Made by a program: the position numbers and the translations under genes
Source of the DNA: Alphaproteobacteria bacterium
GTDB taxonomy: Bacteria > Pseudomonadota > Alphaproteobacteria > UBA7887
Length of the DNA: 64,000 nt
Direction of reading: 5' to 3'
Assembly (NCBI GenBank): GCA_965216755.1
Contig: CBDCGL010000011.1
Span: 736,001-800,000 of the forward strand
The notes under the pieces: generated by a model
What the model was told of the DNA's origin: nothing
The model's input: only the letters and a program-made list of their open reading frames with translations
Databases searched by the model: none
Shown here: positions 19,493 through 28,528 of the stretch, one piece after another
Position numbering within the stretch: position 1 is the stretch's first letter
Layout: every line of letters starts with the position of its first letter

Positions 19493-20334
19493 AAATTGGT
19501 ATCGACGACGCCTGGGCAATGTTGCTTGCCGCACGCCATGCGCATCACGGCGTCGAGAACGGAGCGCTGAGGGTTGCTGACGACGGCACGTGGCAATGCG
19601 ACGTTTCGGTGAGTGACGCGGCCGCCGAGCTGCTTGATCTATATGCGCCGGTCGCCGCGGCTGGTCCGGAAAGCCCGCTGATTGTCGGTCATCTGGGGCA
19701 AAGCCTTGATGGCCGCATCGCGACGCATAATGGCGATTCAGACTATGTGACTGGCGCGGACAACCTCGACCACTTGCACCGCATGCGCGCGTTGAGTGAC
19801 GCCGTGATTGTGGGCGCCGGGACCGTAAAGAGCGACAACCCACGGCTCACGACACGGCGAGTCGCCGGACCTTCGCCTCTGCGCGTCATTGTTGGCGACG
19901 TCCCGGTTGATTGTGGCGGCGACCGTGTTGCCCCGGCAATTTCATTTGTCTCGAACGCAGGACGCGCGGCGGACAACGGGATCGGTGAGATCATTGTCGT
20001 GCCACCGAACGGCAACGGCCTTGACCTGTCGGCCGTGGTCTCGATCTTGCGGGACCGAGGTGCCCATGTTCTGTTCGTCGAAGGGGGGGGGATTACGGTT
20101 TCCCGATTTCTGGAACTGGGTCTTATTGATCGTCTGCAGATCACCGTGGCGCCAATCATCATCGGATCCGGGCGCGATGGCATCAGGTTGCCGAAGATTG
20201 ATTGTTTGACGAACTGTATCAGGGCGCCAAGTCGCCGTTACATGATGGGCCAAGATGTCATGTTTGAATTGGACCTTGTGTCGCAAAGAAATCTGTATGG
20301 CCGACAAGGAGATGCGAGTCGCCCGCCACGATGA
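19489..20334 (+). CDS. RibD C-terminal-domain (pyrimidine reductase-like) protein
   Basis: GQSLDGRIAT, HRMRALSDAVIVGAGTVKSDNPRLTTR, LFVEGGG, APIIIGSG. No deaminase domain. GTGA overlap with the upstream gene. Confidence 0.9.
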   Translation: MKIGIDDAWAMLLAARHAHHGVENGALRVADDGTWQCDVSVSDAAAELLDLYAPVAAAGPESPLIVGHLGQSLDGRIATHNGDSDYVTGADNLDHLHRMRALSDAVIVGAGTVKSDNPRLTTRRVAGPSPLRVIVGDVPVDCGGDRVAPAISFVSNAGRAADNGIGEIIVVPPNGNGLDLSAVVSILRDRGAHVLFVEGGGITVSRFLELGLIDRLQITVAPIIIGSGRDGIRLPKIDCLTNCIRAPSRRYMMGQDVMFELDLVSQRNLYGRQGDASRPPR

Positions 20335-21085
20335 GTCTTCTGCGGCGGTTCGCCCAGGCCCGGATTTGTGCTGCGTTGCCAGGTGCCATTGAAGCGGCCG
20401 CGCCAGACCAGTCAGCCAACAATGCCTTTTGCATGGCGACGTCATCGGTGCCGAGCTGCCAGTCGCTGCAGGCACTGATCAGGTCATATCCATGCGCCTT
20501 CAATAGTTTTTGCGCCGTTTCGGCGGCTTGGGGACCCAACGCCGGGCCAAAGCCTTTGTCTGTCTTCTGGTGGCGATTGATCAGGCCGGCCACCATGTCG
20601 TCGTCGCGGTCGCTCGGCGCCCAGCGGATCAGGCCCTGATAGCTCAGTCGAAACAAGATCGCCGGCGTTGTGCTGACAATTGCGCTGATCGCATCGGTGA
20701 GCCACGATTCCGAAACCAAATCCAGGAACGCCGAGGCCGTGACCAAATCAAAGCGTTGTTCTGTCAACACCGGCAGACCTTGCACCATATCCGAGACTTG
20801 CGTGGTAACGGCGATGCTACCGCGACCGCCCGCCAAGGCCCTCAAGCGCGGATTAACGAGGTCGATCAGGGCCGGATCGTTGTCGATAAGATGCCAGGCT
20901 TGCCGTGAACTTAAGTGCGGCGCGATGGCGCGCAGGTTGGCGCCCGTGCCGGCAGCCAGGTCGAGGATCCGCAACGTTTCCTGTAGGCTCGACCAAGCGC
21001 GTAGCGGCTTGGTGATTTGAGCACCCAACGTGCTCCGATCGTAGGGCTCGCGCAGGTCAAGCCAAGCGCTTTCGAACATGGTCAT
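20258..21085 (-). CDS. Class I SAM-dependent methyltransferase
   Basis: WLDLREPYD N-terminus, ILDLAAGTGANLR motif I, DLVTASAFLDLVS. Confidence 0.85.
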   Translation of the reverse strand: MTMFESAWLDLREPYDRSTLGAQITKPLRAWSSLQETLRILDLAAGTGANLRAIAPHLSSRQAWHLIDNDPALIDLVNPRLRALAGGRGSIAVTTQVSDMVQGLPVLTEQRFDLVTASAFLDLVSESWLTDAISAIVSTTPAILFRLSYQGLIRWAPSDRDDDMVAGLINRHQKTDKGFGPALGPQAAETAQKLLKAHGYDLISACSDWQLGTDDVAMQKALLADWSGAAASMAPGNAAQIRAWANRRRRLIVAGDSHLLVGHTDFFATQGPIQT

Positions 21086-22143
21086 GGGCGCAAAAAGCGT
21101 TCAATTTCGGCGCCAAAATCGCGGGCGGCCTCGGCCCAATTCGGCAGGCTTGCGCCGGCAACCCGTGCGCGGTCAGCCATCTGCTGGCGAAGCGGCGGCG
21201 AATTGATCAGCCGCCCAAGTGCGTGCGCCAAACCGCCAACATCGCCGGGCGGCACCAATAGGCCCGCCTCGGTTGGCACCGTTTCAGGTATTGCACCGGC
21301 GTTCGTGCTAACGATTGGCAGTCCGCGCGCCAAGGCTTCCGCGAGCACCATGCCGTAGCCCTCGTAATACGATGCGAGCACGAACATATCGGACGCACGG
21401 AAATACTCTTCGAGCGTCGGTCCGACCGCTTCGCCAACCAATGAGACCTTTTCTTGCAATCCCGCGTCGTCGATTGCCGTGCGGACAGCCTTGGTCGTGC
21501 TTGGGTCTAGATCCTGCGGTCCGACACACACCAACCGCCACTGCCTATACGCGGCGCCCGAAAGACACGACAAGGCACGAATCAATACCACGTGCCCCTT
21601 GCGTGGCGTCAACGACGCAACGCACAGCAGGGTGACGATGCCATCCGTCGATCCTGTCACTTGTGTTGCCGGGTCGGTGCCCGGCCGAACCACACTTATC
21701 TTCTCGATTTCAACATCATAGGAGGCCAAGGCGTCGGCGGTCGTCTTGCTGGGCACGATCACATGTGTGGCCGCCGCAAGCGCATGCCGCTCACTCGCGA
21801 AAAACCCTGCTTTTTCGCGTGCGTCGAGACCTGTTTCCGCCGCGAGTGGGTGGTGTACCAACGCGACAAGACACAGGCGCTGGGCCTGAGCGTACGCAAG
21901 TTCGGATAGTACGCCCAACGCCAGGCCGTCGACCACGACCGTGGCGCCGTCGGGAATGTCGCCAAATACTGCCTCGGCATGTGCAACAGCCGCGCGGCTG
22001 GGTTGGGGAAAACCGTTCTTTAGTGCCAGCGCGACAACGTCCCAACTCTCGTGGCGCAGTCCGGCGATGATGCGACGGTCATAAATGAAGCCGCCGGTCT
22101 TGGTCTCCGGATCGCCCGGCACGATGAAATAAAGCCGCGCCAT
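21082..22143 (-). CDS. Glycosyltransferase family 4
   Basis: TGGFIYDRR, VASLTPRKGH, YEGYGMVLAEALARGLP (E-x7-E). Confidence 0.93.
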   Translation of the reverse strand: MARLYFIVPGDPETKTGGFIYDRRIIAGLRHESWDVVALALKNGFPQPSRAAVAHAEAVFGDIPDGATVVVDGLALGVLSELAYAQAQRLCLVALVHHPLAAETGLDAREKAGFFASERHALAAATHVIVPSKTTADALASYDVEIEKISVVRPGTDPATQVTGSTDGIVTLLCVASLTPRKGHVVLIRALSCLSGAAYRQWRLVCVGPQDLDPSTTKAVRTAIDDAGLQEKVSLVGEAVGPTLEEYFRASDMFVLASYYEGYGMVLAEALARGLPIVSTNAGAIPETVPTEAGLLVPPGDVGGLAHALGRLINSPPLRQQMADRARVAGASLPNWAEAARDFGAEIERFLRP

Positions 22144-22554
22144 TCAACCCTTCGCCGGCAGGGCGCCTTCATAGGCCGCCCACGCAATGTGTGATTCATG
22201 CAAAGTCACCCGCAGGCCGGTCAGGCCGGTCGCGCTGGCGCCCAGTTCGCCGGCCGAGACCCGTGCGCCCAATTGTTCGAAAATCCAGCCCGCCAGCCAT
22301 TCGGTGGTTGTGTTTTGCCCGGTAAACGCAGGTAGAGTGTCCAAGTTCTGATAGTTGACCTCTGCCAGAACGGCGCCGAGCGTTTGACTGGCCAAGCCAA
22401 TGTCGACGACCAGACCGTCATCGTCCAAGGCCGGTCGTCGGAAGGTGGCGTCGACCACAAAGGTGGCGCCGTGTAGCTGTTGTGCCGGACCAAATACGGC
22501 GCCGCGAAAGCTATGCGCGATCATCAAATGGTCGCGGACGGTCAGGCTATACAT
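22144..22554 (-). CDS. 6-pyruvoyl-tetrahydropterin synthase/QueD (COG0720) homologue, PTPS-IV type
   Basis: [42 protein letters not shown]. Lacks the CxxxHGH motif of QueD. Confidence 0.88.
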   Translation of the reverse strand: MYSLTVRDHLMIAHSFRGAVFGPAQQLHGATFVVDATFRRPALDDDGLVVDIGLASQTLGAVLAEVNYQNLDTLPAFTGQNTTTEWLAGWIFEQLGARVSAGELGASATGLTGLRVTLHESHIAWAAYEGALPAKG

Positions 22555-22566
22555 GGTGGCGGCTCC

Positions 22567-23547
22567 TTAGCGATCGGGATAACGAACCCGGTGGCATATC
22601 GTGCCCGCGCCATCAACGGCAAGGTCGGCGATCGTTTTTGGAAGATCATGGAAGTTACTCTCTCCGGTGATCAGCACGTCCAAGACCGGATCCGCAAGAA
22701 GGGACAATGCCAGGCGAAGCCGCTGGCGGCGGTTCCAGCGGCCGCGGCGGTGCGGAGGAATGCGGCCCACTTGTGACGAGATGATCCTAAGGCGCTCTGG
22801 ATGAAACCGTTCGCCCAGCGGTAGTGTCACGTGCCGGTCGCCATACCAACTCATTTCGATGATTGCCGCTTCCGGTGCCGCCAGGCCAAGTGCGTGCACC
22901 AACCCATCCGGGTGACCAGAACTGTGGAAGATTAAGTCCGCCTGATCCTTCGCCGCGTCAGGCCGCGCGAAGTCGACACCGAGTCGCCGAGTGACCGCGC
23001 GTTTGCTCGGGTCGACATCGATCAGTTGCACCGATACGCCCGGAATCTGTGCCGCCAAGTACGCTGTTAGGCAGCCGACGCAACCGGCGCCGATCACGAC
23101 CACGCGATCACCAAGACATGGCGGTGCATCCCAAAGCGCGGTCACCGCCGTTTCCATATTGGCCGCCAGTACGGCCCGTGATGCCGGGACGTCGCTTGGC
23201 AGCGGCACCGCGTCGACGCCGGGGACGACAAATCGGGTCTGGTGGGGGTACAGACAGAATACGGTCTGTCCGATCCTATCGCGCGGGCCCTGTTCGATGA
23301 TCCCGACATTCACATAGCCGTATTTGACGGGCGCCGGAAAAGAGCCGCTTTGGAACGGCGCGCGCATAGGCTCATACAGTGATTCAGGTACACGGCCCGA
23401 CCATACCAGGGTCTCGGTGCCGCGACTGATCGCGCCGAAAAGGGCGCGTACCCGTACATCTCCCGCGCTAGCAGACGACAGAGCCTCCGGGCGAATCTCA
23501 CCCCGGCGTGGCGCGGCGACCCAAAATGCTTCCGCCTTTTCTGTCAT
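22567..23547 (-). CDS. MDR (zinc-type alcohol dehydrogenase-like) oxidoreductase
   Basis: ISRGTE, KYGY (in place of GHE), YPHQ, ANMETA, VIGAGCVG Rossmann motif, ISSQVG. Confidence 0.88.
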   Translation of the reverse strand: MTEKAEAFWVAAPRRGEIRPEALSSASAGDVRVRALFGAISRGTETLVWSGRVPESLYEPMRAPFQSGSFPAPVKYGYVNVGIIEQGPRDRIGQTVFCLYPHQTRFVVPGVDAVPLPSDVPASRAVLAANMETAVTALWDAPPCLGDRVVVIGAGCVGCLTAYLAAQIPGVSVQLIDVDPSKRAVTRRLGVDFARPDAAKDQADLIFHSSGHPDGLVHALGLAAPEAAIIEMSWYGDRHVTLPLGERFHPERLRIISSQVGRIPPHRRGRWNRRQRLRLALSLLADPVLDVLITGESNFHDLPKTIADLAVDGAGTICHRVRYPDR

Positions 23548-23598
23548 ATCAAAGCGCCGATTTTGTGCATTTCCAGGATGTGACCGTATGATGGCAAA

Positions 23599-24390
23599 AT
23601 GGTTTCACGCATTCGCGCCATTGCTGTCAATGTTCCATCTGTTCAGCGCGGGCACGCCACCTCGAAGCGCTTGTCGCGCGTTTCTGGGCAGGTTCTGCCG
23701 CTCGCCATGGCGAACTCCGTGACTGTGGCCGGGTTGGGGCTATTTCTGTTTGGGGTGCCCGCTGACGTGATCGCCCGTGGCCTGCTTGCGGCGGGCGCTA
23801 TTGCGATGGTCGTGGTATGGGCTTTTTGTGCCCGCTGCCAATTGGACCGGTTCGAGATTGCCAATCAGATTACGCTTGGGCGCGCCGTTTTGGCAGGCTT
23901 CTGTGTTGGGTTTGTGGGTCAACCTGACACGGCCGCGTACCACGGATGGTTGCTTTTTGGCACGGTCGTGTTGGCCGCTCTCCTCGACGGCGTCGACGGT
24001 TGGGTGGCGCGGCGCACGCGCAGCGAAAGTGCCTTCGGCGCGCGCTTCGATATGGAAATCGATGCCGCGTTTGTGCTGGTCCTCTCTATCCTCGTCTATC
24101 AACTTGACAAGGCTGGCGCGTGGGTCCTGCTATCCGGACTGCTTCGATACTTGTTCATCGCCGCCGGCTTTGTCGTGCCACGATTGCGCGCGACGTTGCC
24201 GCCCAGCATCCGCAGACGGGTGATCTGCGCAATTCAAGTGGCTGCCTTGGTGGTGTGTTTGGCGCCGGCCATGCCAAGCAAGGCCGGCTTATTTGCGGCC
24301 GCGGGCGCTCTCGTTTTGCTGACTTTATCTTTCGGCCGCGATGTGGCTTGGTTACTCCAGGCAGAACCAAATAGGGAGGTAACCAGATGA
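23599..24390 (+). CDS. CDP-alcohol phosphatidyltransferase family membrane protein
   Basis: ANQITLGR and signature DGVDGWVARR...FGARFDMEID; multiple TMs. Confidence 0.92.
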   Translation: MVSRIRAIAVNVPSVQRGHATSKRLSRVSGQVLPLAMANSVTVAGLGLFLFGVPADVIARGLLAAGAIAMVVVWAFCARCQLDRFEIANQITLGRAVLAGFCVGFVGQPDTAAYHGWLLFGTVVLAALLDGVDGWVARRTRSESAFGARFDMEIDAAFVLVLSILVYQLDKAGAWVLLSGLLRYLFIAAGFVVPRLRATLPPSIRRRVICAIQVAALVVCLAPAMPSKAGLFAAAGALVLLTLSFGRDVAWLLQAEPNREVTR

Positions 24391-24989
24391 ACATGTCCGG
24401 TTTGCGTGCGATCCGAACCGCAGTCGCAACTGGCGCCCTTGTGACGATGGCCAATATCGCTGTTGCGGCGCCGGCGAACTACACCATCGACGCTGAACAT
24501 TTCAGTTTTGGCTTCTTAGTGCGTCATATTGGGTTTGCCGACATTCTCGGTATGTTTCTCGAGATGCAGGGCTCGTATACGTTCGATGAAGAGACCATGG
24601 AACTGTCGGATGTGCGTGTCGTCGTCAAGACAGAAAGTGTATTTACAAATCACGAGGCGCGGGACGAACATTTGCGAAGCGCGGATTTCTTCAATAGCGG
24701 CGAATTTCCCGAGATGGTTTTTGTCGGTCAAGGCGCCGAAAAGATCGGCGATCGGTCGGGGAAAGTGGTTGGTGAACTGACTTTGCTTGGTGTCACGCAA
24801 CCGCTGACCTTAGATGTGACATGGAACAAGAGTGGCAATTATCCGTTTGGAGATGGCCACTTTGCCATGGGCATGTCGGCGCGTGGCAAGCTAAGTCGCA
24901 GTGACTTCGGAATGACTTACGCGGTGCAAGGCGATATTGTTGGCGATGAAGTTGAACTGATCTTAGAATTTGAAGGGATCCGCCAATAG
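24387..24989 (+). CDS. YceI family periplasmic polyisoprenoid/lipid-binding protein
   Basis: Signal peptide, YTIDAEH, RDEHLRSADFF, GELTLLGVT, RSDFGM. ATGA overlap with the upstream gene. Confidence 0.92.
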   Translation: MNMSGLRAIRTAVATGALVTMANIAVAAPANYTIDAEHFSFGFLVRHIGFADILGMFLEMQGSYTFDEETMELSDVRVVVKTESVFTNHEARDEHLRSADFFNSGEFPEMVFVGQGAEKIGDRSGKVVGELTLLGVTQPLTLDVTWNKSGNYPFGDGHFAMGMSARGKLSRSDFGMTYAVQGDIVGDEVELILEFEGIRQ

Positions 24990-25034
24990 TGCCTTTCAGA
25001 CCGTAAACCTGGGTATTAAGAGTCGACGCAGGCC

Positions 25035-25922
25035 ATGGATGCATTGGCGCAGTTTGCGCAACAAGTTGTCAGCGGAACTGCCATTGGATGCGTTTATGGC
25101 CTGGTCGCGCTCGGCTTCGTTCTGATCTATAAGGCGACCGAGGTCGTCAATTTCGCCCAAGGCGAATTGATGATGCTGGGTGCCTTTCTGGCTTTTACAT
25201 TCATCGTCATTTTCGGTCTGAATTTCTGGGTCGGCGCGCTGCTGGCAATCATCTTGTGCGCCGGCTTTGGCGGATTACTTGATCGAGTCGTCATGCGGCC
25301 GATGGTTGGCCAACCGGTATTCGCGATCGTCATGGTGACTATTGGCATCGGTTTTCTGATGCGCAGCGTCGCCAGTATGATTCCGGGGTGGGGAGTCGAC
25401 ACGCATCTGATCGAAACACCCTTTTACAACAAGGTCGTCAATTTTGGTGCGTTGGTGATCAGCCAAGACCACATGGCCGTGATCATCATGACCGCGGTTC
25501 TGTCGTTGGTTTTATTCGGGTTCTTCCGCTATACGCGCTTGGGCGTTGCCATGCAGGCATCGTCGCAAAACCAATTAGCTGCCTATTATATGGGTATACC
25601 TGTAAAATCGGTCTTTTCTATGATCTGGGCGATTAGCGCAGGCGTCGCAGCATTTGCCGGGCTTTTGCTGGCGCCAATCGCGTTTGTTCACGTGAACATG
25701 GGATTCATTGGCATCAAGGCGTTCCCTGCGGCTGTACTAGGGGGCTTCGGGAGCATTCCGGGTGCGCTGATTGGCGGTTTGATCATTGGGATTGTTGAGG
25801 CTTTGGCCGGATTCTACTTGCCCGAGGGATTCAAAGATGTTGCGGCGTACGTGGTTCTGCTTGCGGTTTTGGTAATTCGCCCCGAGGGATTGTTTGGCGA
25901 ATCGATGCGCAAGAAGGTTTGA
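25035..25922 (+). CDS. livH: Branched-chain amino acid-type ABC transporter permease
   Basis: YGLVALGFVLIY, VNFAQGE, AAVLGGFGSIPGA. Confidence 0.9.
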   Translation: MDALAQFAQQVVSGTAIGCVYGLVALGFVLIYKATEVVNFAQGELMMLGAFLAFTFIVIFGLNFWVGALLAIILCAGFGGLLDRVVMRPMVGQPVFAIVMVTIGIGFLMRSVASMIPGWGVDTHLIETPFYNKVVNFGALVISQDHMAVIIMTAVLSLVLFGFFRYTRLGVAMQASSQNQLAAYYMGIPVKSVFSMIWAISAGVAAFAGLLLAPIAFVHVNMGFIGIKAFPAAVLGGFGSIPGALIGGLIIGIVEALAGFYLPEGFKDVAAYVVLLAVLVIRPEGLFGESMRKKV

Positions 25923-25923
25923 C

Positions 25924-27000
25924 ATGCGCTTTATCTTCAAGACCGACTATGACCAGGACATTCGGATATTCAAGGATACCCGCGCTGTGTTGTGGTATGG
26001 GTTATTGATTGTTTTCCTTTTGTTGGCGCCCTGGGTCATGGACGAATATTTTTTGTCTCAGCTGACCTTTGTGTGCATCTATGCTATTGCCGGCATCGGT
26101 TTGATGTTGCTGTCCGGCTTTACCGGTCAAATTTCTCTTGGCCATGCAGCGTTTCTTGCCACTGGCGCATATACAGAAGCCATTTTGCTTTCCCACGGCG
26201 TGCCGTTCTTGCTGTCTCTTCCGGCATCCGCGGTGGTGGCCGCGCTATTGGGCATTGTAATTGGCCTACCGGCGTTGCGACTTGCCGGCATTTATTTGGC
26301 CATGGCGACGCTGGCCTTTGCCTTCATCGTCGAAGAAGTTCTCGCCCGGTGGGAATCACTGACAGGTGGCAATGTTGGTTTGTTGGTGGACTCAGTTGCG
26401 ATCGGCCCGGTGACGTTCGATGAGGAATGGCGGCTCTACTATTTGTGCCTATTTCTTGTGGCGCTGGTCCTGCTGGCGGCAATCAACATCTTGCGTTCGT
26501 CGACCGGCCGCGCGATGACGGCAATTCGCGACAGCGAAATTGCTGCCCAGAGTATGGGTGTGAACCTTGCCAAGTATAAGACGATCGCCTTCGCGCTCAG
26601 TGCGGCGTTCACCGGCGTTGCTGGCGCGCTGTATGCGCATCGCCTGCAATATATCAGCCCAGAGCAGTTTACGATTCTGGTGTCCATCGAACTGCTCTTA
26701 CTTGTCGTTGTCGGCGGCCTTGGTTCACTGCACGGTGCGATTTTTGGCGCCATATTCATCATCGTTTTGCCACAAGCCATCGTTGTGGTTAAAGCGTGGT
26801 TGCCAACCGCCGTCGCGGAGCAGACAGGGCTTGATGCGGGGCTTTTCGGCTTGATTATCATCCTCTTTATGCTTTACGAGCCGCTTGGTCTGTACGGCCG
26901 TTGGGTGAAGATCAAGAGCTATTTTGATCGGTTCCCCCTCTACAAAAAGGACACATTCAAGCGGCAGAAATCCTATCTGCGGACCGAGCGGCTACGATGA
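25924..27000 (+). CDS. livM: Branched-chain amino acid-type ABC transporter permease
   Basis: GFTGQISLGHAAF, YLAMATLAF, AIRDSEIAA, VVGGLGS. Confidence 0.9.
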   Translation: MRFIFKTDYDQDIRIFKDTRAVLWYGLLIVFLLLAPWVMDEYFLSQLTFVCIYAIAGIGLMLLSGFTGQISLGHAAFLATGAYTEAILLSHGVPFLLSLPASAVVAALLGIVIGLPALRLAGIYLAMATLAFAFIVEEVLARWESLTGGNVGLLVDSVAIGPVTFDEEWRLYYLCLFLVALVLLAAINILRSSTGRAMTAIRDSEIAAQSMGVNLAKYKTIAFALSAAFTGVAGALYAHRLQYISPEQFTILVSIELLLLVVVGGLGSLHGAIFGAIFIIVLPQAIVVVKAWLPTAVAEQTGLDAGLFGLIIILFMLYEPLGLYGRWVKIKSYFDRFPLYKKDTFKRQKSYLRTERLR

Positions 27001-27758
27001 GCCTGCTACAGGTTGACGGGTTGTCGATGCATTTCGGCGGCGTGCGCGCGGTCGACGATGTGAGTTTTCACGTCGATGCCGGCGAAATTTTCACAATCAT
27101 TGGGCCCAACGGAGCCGGCAAAACAACGATTTTCAATCTGATCAGCCGCATCTATGACCCGACCGCGGGCATTCTACGGTTCGATGGACAAGAATTCACG
27201 CATGTCCCTCCGGCCGATATCGCGGCGATGGGGATCGCGCGAACGTTCCAGAATATTGAGCTATTTGAAAACGGCTCGGTGCTTGGGAACTTGCTGTTGG
27301 GGCGCCATGCTCAAGCGACCAAGAACGTATTTGCCGAAATGTTGTTCTTGCCCACGGTACGGGCCCGCGAACATGCCCACCGCCACAAGGTTGAAGAGAT
27401 CATCGATTTCCTGGATTTGGAACCCTATCGCGATGGCCGCATTGGTGGGCTCGCCTATGGGATTCGCAAGGTCGTCGAGCTGGGGCGCGCGCTGGCAACC
27501 GAGCCGCGCCTGTTGTTGCTCGATGAACCATCTTCGGGACTCAATGTCGAAGAGACCGACGACATGGCGTTTTGGATTCGCGATATCAAAGAAGATCTGG
27601 GCATTACCGTGTTGATGGTGGAGCACGATATGAACTTGGTCGGCCGCGTGTCCGACCGCGTCTTGGCGCTAAATTACGGTCGCCTGATTGCGCAGGGCAC
27701 GCCGGACGAAGTTCAGGCACATCCCGAAGTCATTGAAGCGTATCTGGGCGCGGAATAA
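26997..27758 (+). CDS. livG: ABC transporter ATP-binding protein
   Basis: GPNGAGKTT, ARTFQN, LLLDEP, VEHDM, EAYLG. Confidence 0.92.
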   Translation: MSLLQVDGLSMHFGGVRAVDDVSFHVDAGEIFTIIGPNGAGKTTIFNLISRIYDPTAGILRFDGQEFTHVPPADIAAMGIARTFQNIELFENGSVLGNLLLGRHAQATKNVFAEMLFLPTVRAREHAHRHKVEEIIDFLDLEPYRDGRIGGLAYGIRKVVELGRALATEPRLLLLDEPSSGLNVEETDDMAFWIRDIKEDLGITVLMVEHDMNLVGRVSDRVLALNYGRLIAQGTPDEVQAHPEVIEAYLGAE

Positions 27759-28528
27759 TGGCAAGCCAGCTGTCCGTCCGGAATCTTGAAACCTTTTACG
27801 GGCCGATTATGGCGATACGGGGCGTGAGCCTGGACGTGACGCAAGGTGCCATCGTGACGGTTTTGGGCGCGAACGGGGCCGGCAAATCAACATTGCTGCG
27901 CACGATTTCGGGTGTTGTCGATCCGCAAAAAGGCACAGTAAGTTTCGAAGGGCAAGACATCCACGGAGTCAATCCCGATCGCATTGTCGCGTCGGGAATC
28001 GGGCACGTGCCCGAGGGGAGAGAGGTTTTTCCTTACTTGACGGTCAGAGAGAACCTTATCATGGGCGCATATCTGCGCCGCGATCGCGCCGCCATTGATC
28101 AAGATCTCGACCGGGTGTTCGGCTACTTCCCGGTATTGCGGGAACGCGCGCGCCAGCAGGCCGGGCAATTGTCCGGCGGCGAGCAACAAATGTTGGCGAT
28201 CAGCCGGGCCTTGATGGGGCGGCCGAAAATGCTTCTGCTCGACGAACCGTCGCTCGGCTTGAGCCCGCGCCTGGTTAAAGAAATATTCGACATTGTGCGG
28301 CGCATCAATCAAGAACAAGACATTACGATCCTGTTGGTCGAACAAAATGCGCACATGGCTTTGAATGTTGCGGATTATGGCTATGTGCTTGAAGTTGGAC
28401 GGATCGTTATGGAGGATAGCTGCGATCGACTACGCGAGAAGGAAGACATTAAGGAGTTTTACTTAGGCATGAAGGACAGCGGTGTGCGTGGCGAGCGTCG
28501 ATGGAAAAAGAAAAAGCTTTGGCGCTGA
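27758..28528 (+). CDS. livF: ABC transporter ATP-binding protein
   Basis: GANGAGKST, VPEGR, LSGGEQQM, LDEPSLGL, VEQN. Confidence 0.92.
   Translation: MASQLSVRNLETFYGPIMAIRGVSLDVTQGAIVTVLGANGAGKSTLLRTISGVVDPQKGTVSFEGQDIHGVNPDRIVASGIGHVPEGREVFPYLTVRENLIMGAYLRRDRAAIDQDLDRVFGYFPVLRERARQQAGQLSGGEQQMLAISRALMGRPKMLLLDEPSLGLSPRLVKEIFDIVRRINQEQDITILLVEQNAHMALNVADYGYVLEVGRIVMEDSCDRLREKEDIKEFYLGMKDSGVRGERRWKKKKLWR

Noticed and set aside
18382-19843. Long antisense ORFs (e.g. 18382-19596, 19055-19843; also 839-1615, 3808-4695, 34378-35187)
   Set aside because: Shadow ORFs opposite well-supported genes in GC-rich DNA, with no recognisable motifs.
20258-20334. 77-bp convergent overlap of RibD-C and methyltransferase as evidence of a frameshift or pseudogene
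   Set aside because: Both proteins look complete, and the overlap involves only short non-conserved-looking tails. At most it could permit antisense interference.
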